From Myxococcota bacterium (GTDB lineage Bacteria; Myxococcota; JACRCW01): a stretch of DNA of 64,000 nt. A model generated the notes under the pieces. That model saw only the letters and a list, made by a program, of their open reading frames with translations. It was not told the origin of the DNA and made no database searches. The stretch is from NCBI GenBank assembly GCA_040752415.1, contig JBFMGU010000011.1, positions 1 to 64,000 on the forward strand, in the 5' to 3' direction. Below, one piece after another: positions 62,901 through 64,000 of the stretch; the stretch's first letter is position 1; each line of letters begins with the position of its first letter. The position numbers and the translations under genes are program-made.

Positions 62901-64000
62901 GGCGCGGGCGTTTCCGTGGCGGGCGTGAAGCGCACCAGGGTCACCAGCTCGTGATCCTCGTGGTCCGCCACACGCCCACGACACACCGAGACCAGCAGAT
63001 AGCGCTGCTCCCGCTCGACGATCTGCTCGCGCCCCTCGAGGAGCTCGTCGGGGTCGGTGTAGCTGCCGTGCAGCACGGTGACGTCGACGCGCGCCTGGCC
63101 CAGCCCGTTCTTCTCGAGGTGCGTGGCCACCGTGGACGCCTTTGGTAGCGGTTTCCCCTCGCACGCCGGCGCCATGAACGCGGCCAGCACCGTCTCCTGC
63201 TCGGGGTGCAGCTCGAACGGCGGCAGGTGGCGCGCGGCGCGGGCGTCCTGCAGCGCGGTGATGATGCGCTCGCGCTCACCCTCGGGCGTGTAGTCGGGGA
63301 GCGGTGAGACCAGGTAGCGCACCAGGCGCACGTCCCGCTCCGACTTGGGAGACACGCCCACGCCCAGCCACCGCAGGCGCGGATCCAGCACGTGGTAGCG
63401 CGTGCCCGGCTCGACGAGATCCTCCCAGATCTGCTCGTCGAGATACTCCACCGTGGCGTAGCTCTGGCGTCGGGTGGCGGTCTTCAGGCCGCGGGCGCGC
63501 AGCTTCTCGTCGAGGCGCGGGTCGATGGGGCTGCGCGTGGCCAGCGCGGTCTCCCCGGCGCGCTGCTGCGCCTCCGCCACCACGGTGGGGTGCAGGGACA
63601 GGGGCGGGACGCCGGCCCGGGTGCGCGCGGTGTTGTAGGCGCGCAGGAGCTCGTCGCCCCAGTCGCGCAGGGAGCCCGGGGGATGTTGCGGCGTGAGGAT
63701 GGACGCGTCCGGCACGGTGGGCTCCGCCATGCCCACGTAGACGGGGATGAGCAGCTGTGGGCGTTCCGCGTCGGCGGTGCCGTCTCCGCCGGAGCCCACC
63801 TCGGTGGCGTCGATCTCGAGGAGATAACGGCCCGGCACCGTGGGCAGCGGCACGTCCAGCGCAAAGCTCCCGTCGGTGGCGGGGCGGATGGGACGACGCA
63901 GCACCTTGAAGTCGGGCTGGTCCAGGTAGAGCCACACGTTGTGCAGCTGCTTGGTGAAGCGGCCCTGGAGGTGCAGCGTCTGCCCGGGCTGGTACTCCTT
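62882..64000 (-). CDS. CAP/SCP-like domain protein (5' end outside window)
   Basis: NTARTRAGVPPL and ARAARHLPP CAP-like motifs, HVLDP..WLGVGV; frame open to the window edge. Confidence 0.65.
   Translation of the reverse strand, partial: KEYQPGQTLHLQGRFTKQLHNVWLYLDQPDFKVLRRPIRPATDGSFALDVPLPTVPGRYLLEIDATEVGSGGDGTADAERPQLLIPVYVGMAEPTVPDASILTPQHPPGSLRDWGDELLRAYNTARTRAGVPPLSLHPTVVAEAQQRAGETALATRSPIDPRLDEKLRARGLKTATRRQSYATVEYLDEQIWEDLVEPGTRYHVLDPRLRWLGVGVSPKSERDVRLVRYLVSPLPDYTPEGERERIITALQDARAARHLPPFELHPEQETVLAAFMAPACEGKPLPKASTVATHLEKNGLGQARVDVTVLHGSYTDPDELLEGREQIVEREQRYLLVSVCRGRVADHEDHELVTLVRFTPATETPAPQPSSN

Overview
High-GC bacterial chromosomal window, most consistent with Myxococcota (MYXO-CTERM-like sorting tail, Cys-rich lipoproteins with poly-Ser linkers, Ser/Thr kinase, PP2C, PilZ and sigma54 signalling). 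It carries about 50 credible CDSs. Housekeeping genes: gyrA, lspA, secA, an M23 peptidase, a MoeB/MoeZ-type E1 enzyme, glutamate dehydrogenase and agmatinase. There is also a Phd/VapC toxin-antitoxin pair, a translationally coupled DUF885 / RlmK-like MTase / GNAT / NSAR(OSBS) operon, ion channels and several exported lipoproteins. No rRNA, tRNA, CRISPR array or transposase was recognised. The main items for follow-up are: (1) an exactly 258-bp, frame-preserving inverted segment inside a Cys-rich lipoprotein gene (40406-40663); (2) intergenic palindromic/tandem elements at about 0.1, 18.7, 21.4 and 48.1 kb sharing an ACGACG-NN-AAA core; (3) a frameshifted papain/C39-like effector gene; (4) the NSAR operon with DUF885 where an M20 hydrolase is expected; (5) a MoeB gene coupled to two paralogous small helical proteins; (6) a CxxCH temptin-like MYXO-CTERM protein; (7) a fully degenerate hybrid kinase. 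All calls come from motif recognition by eye; no database searches were run.
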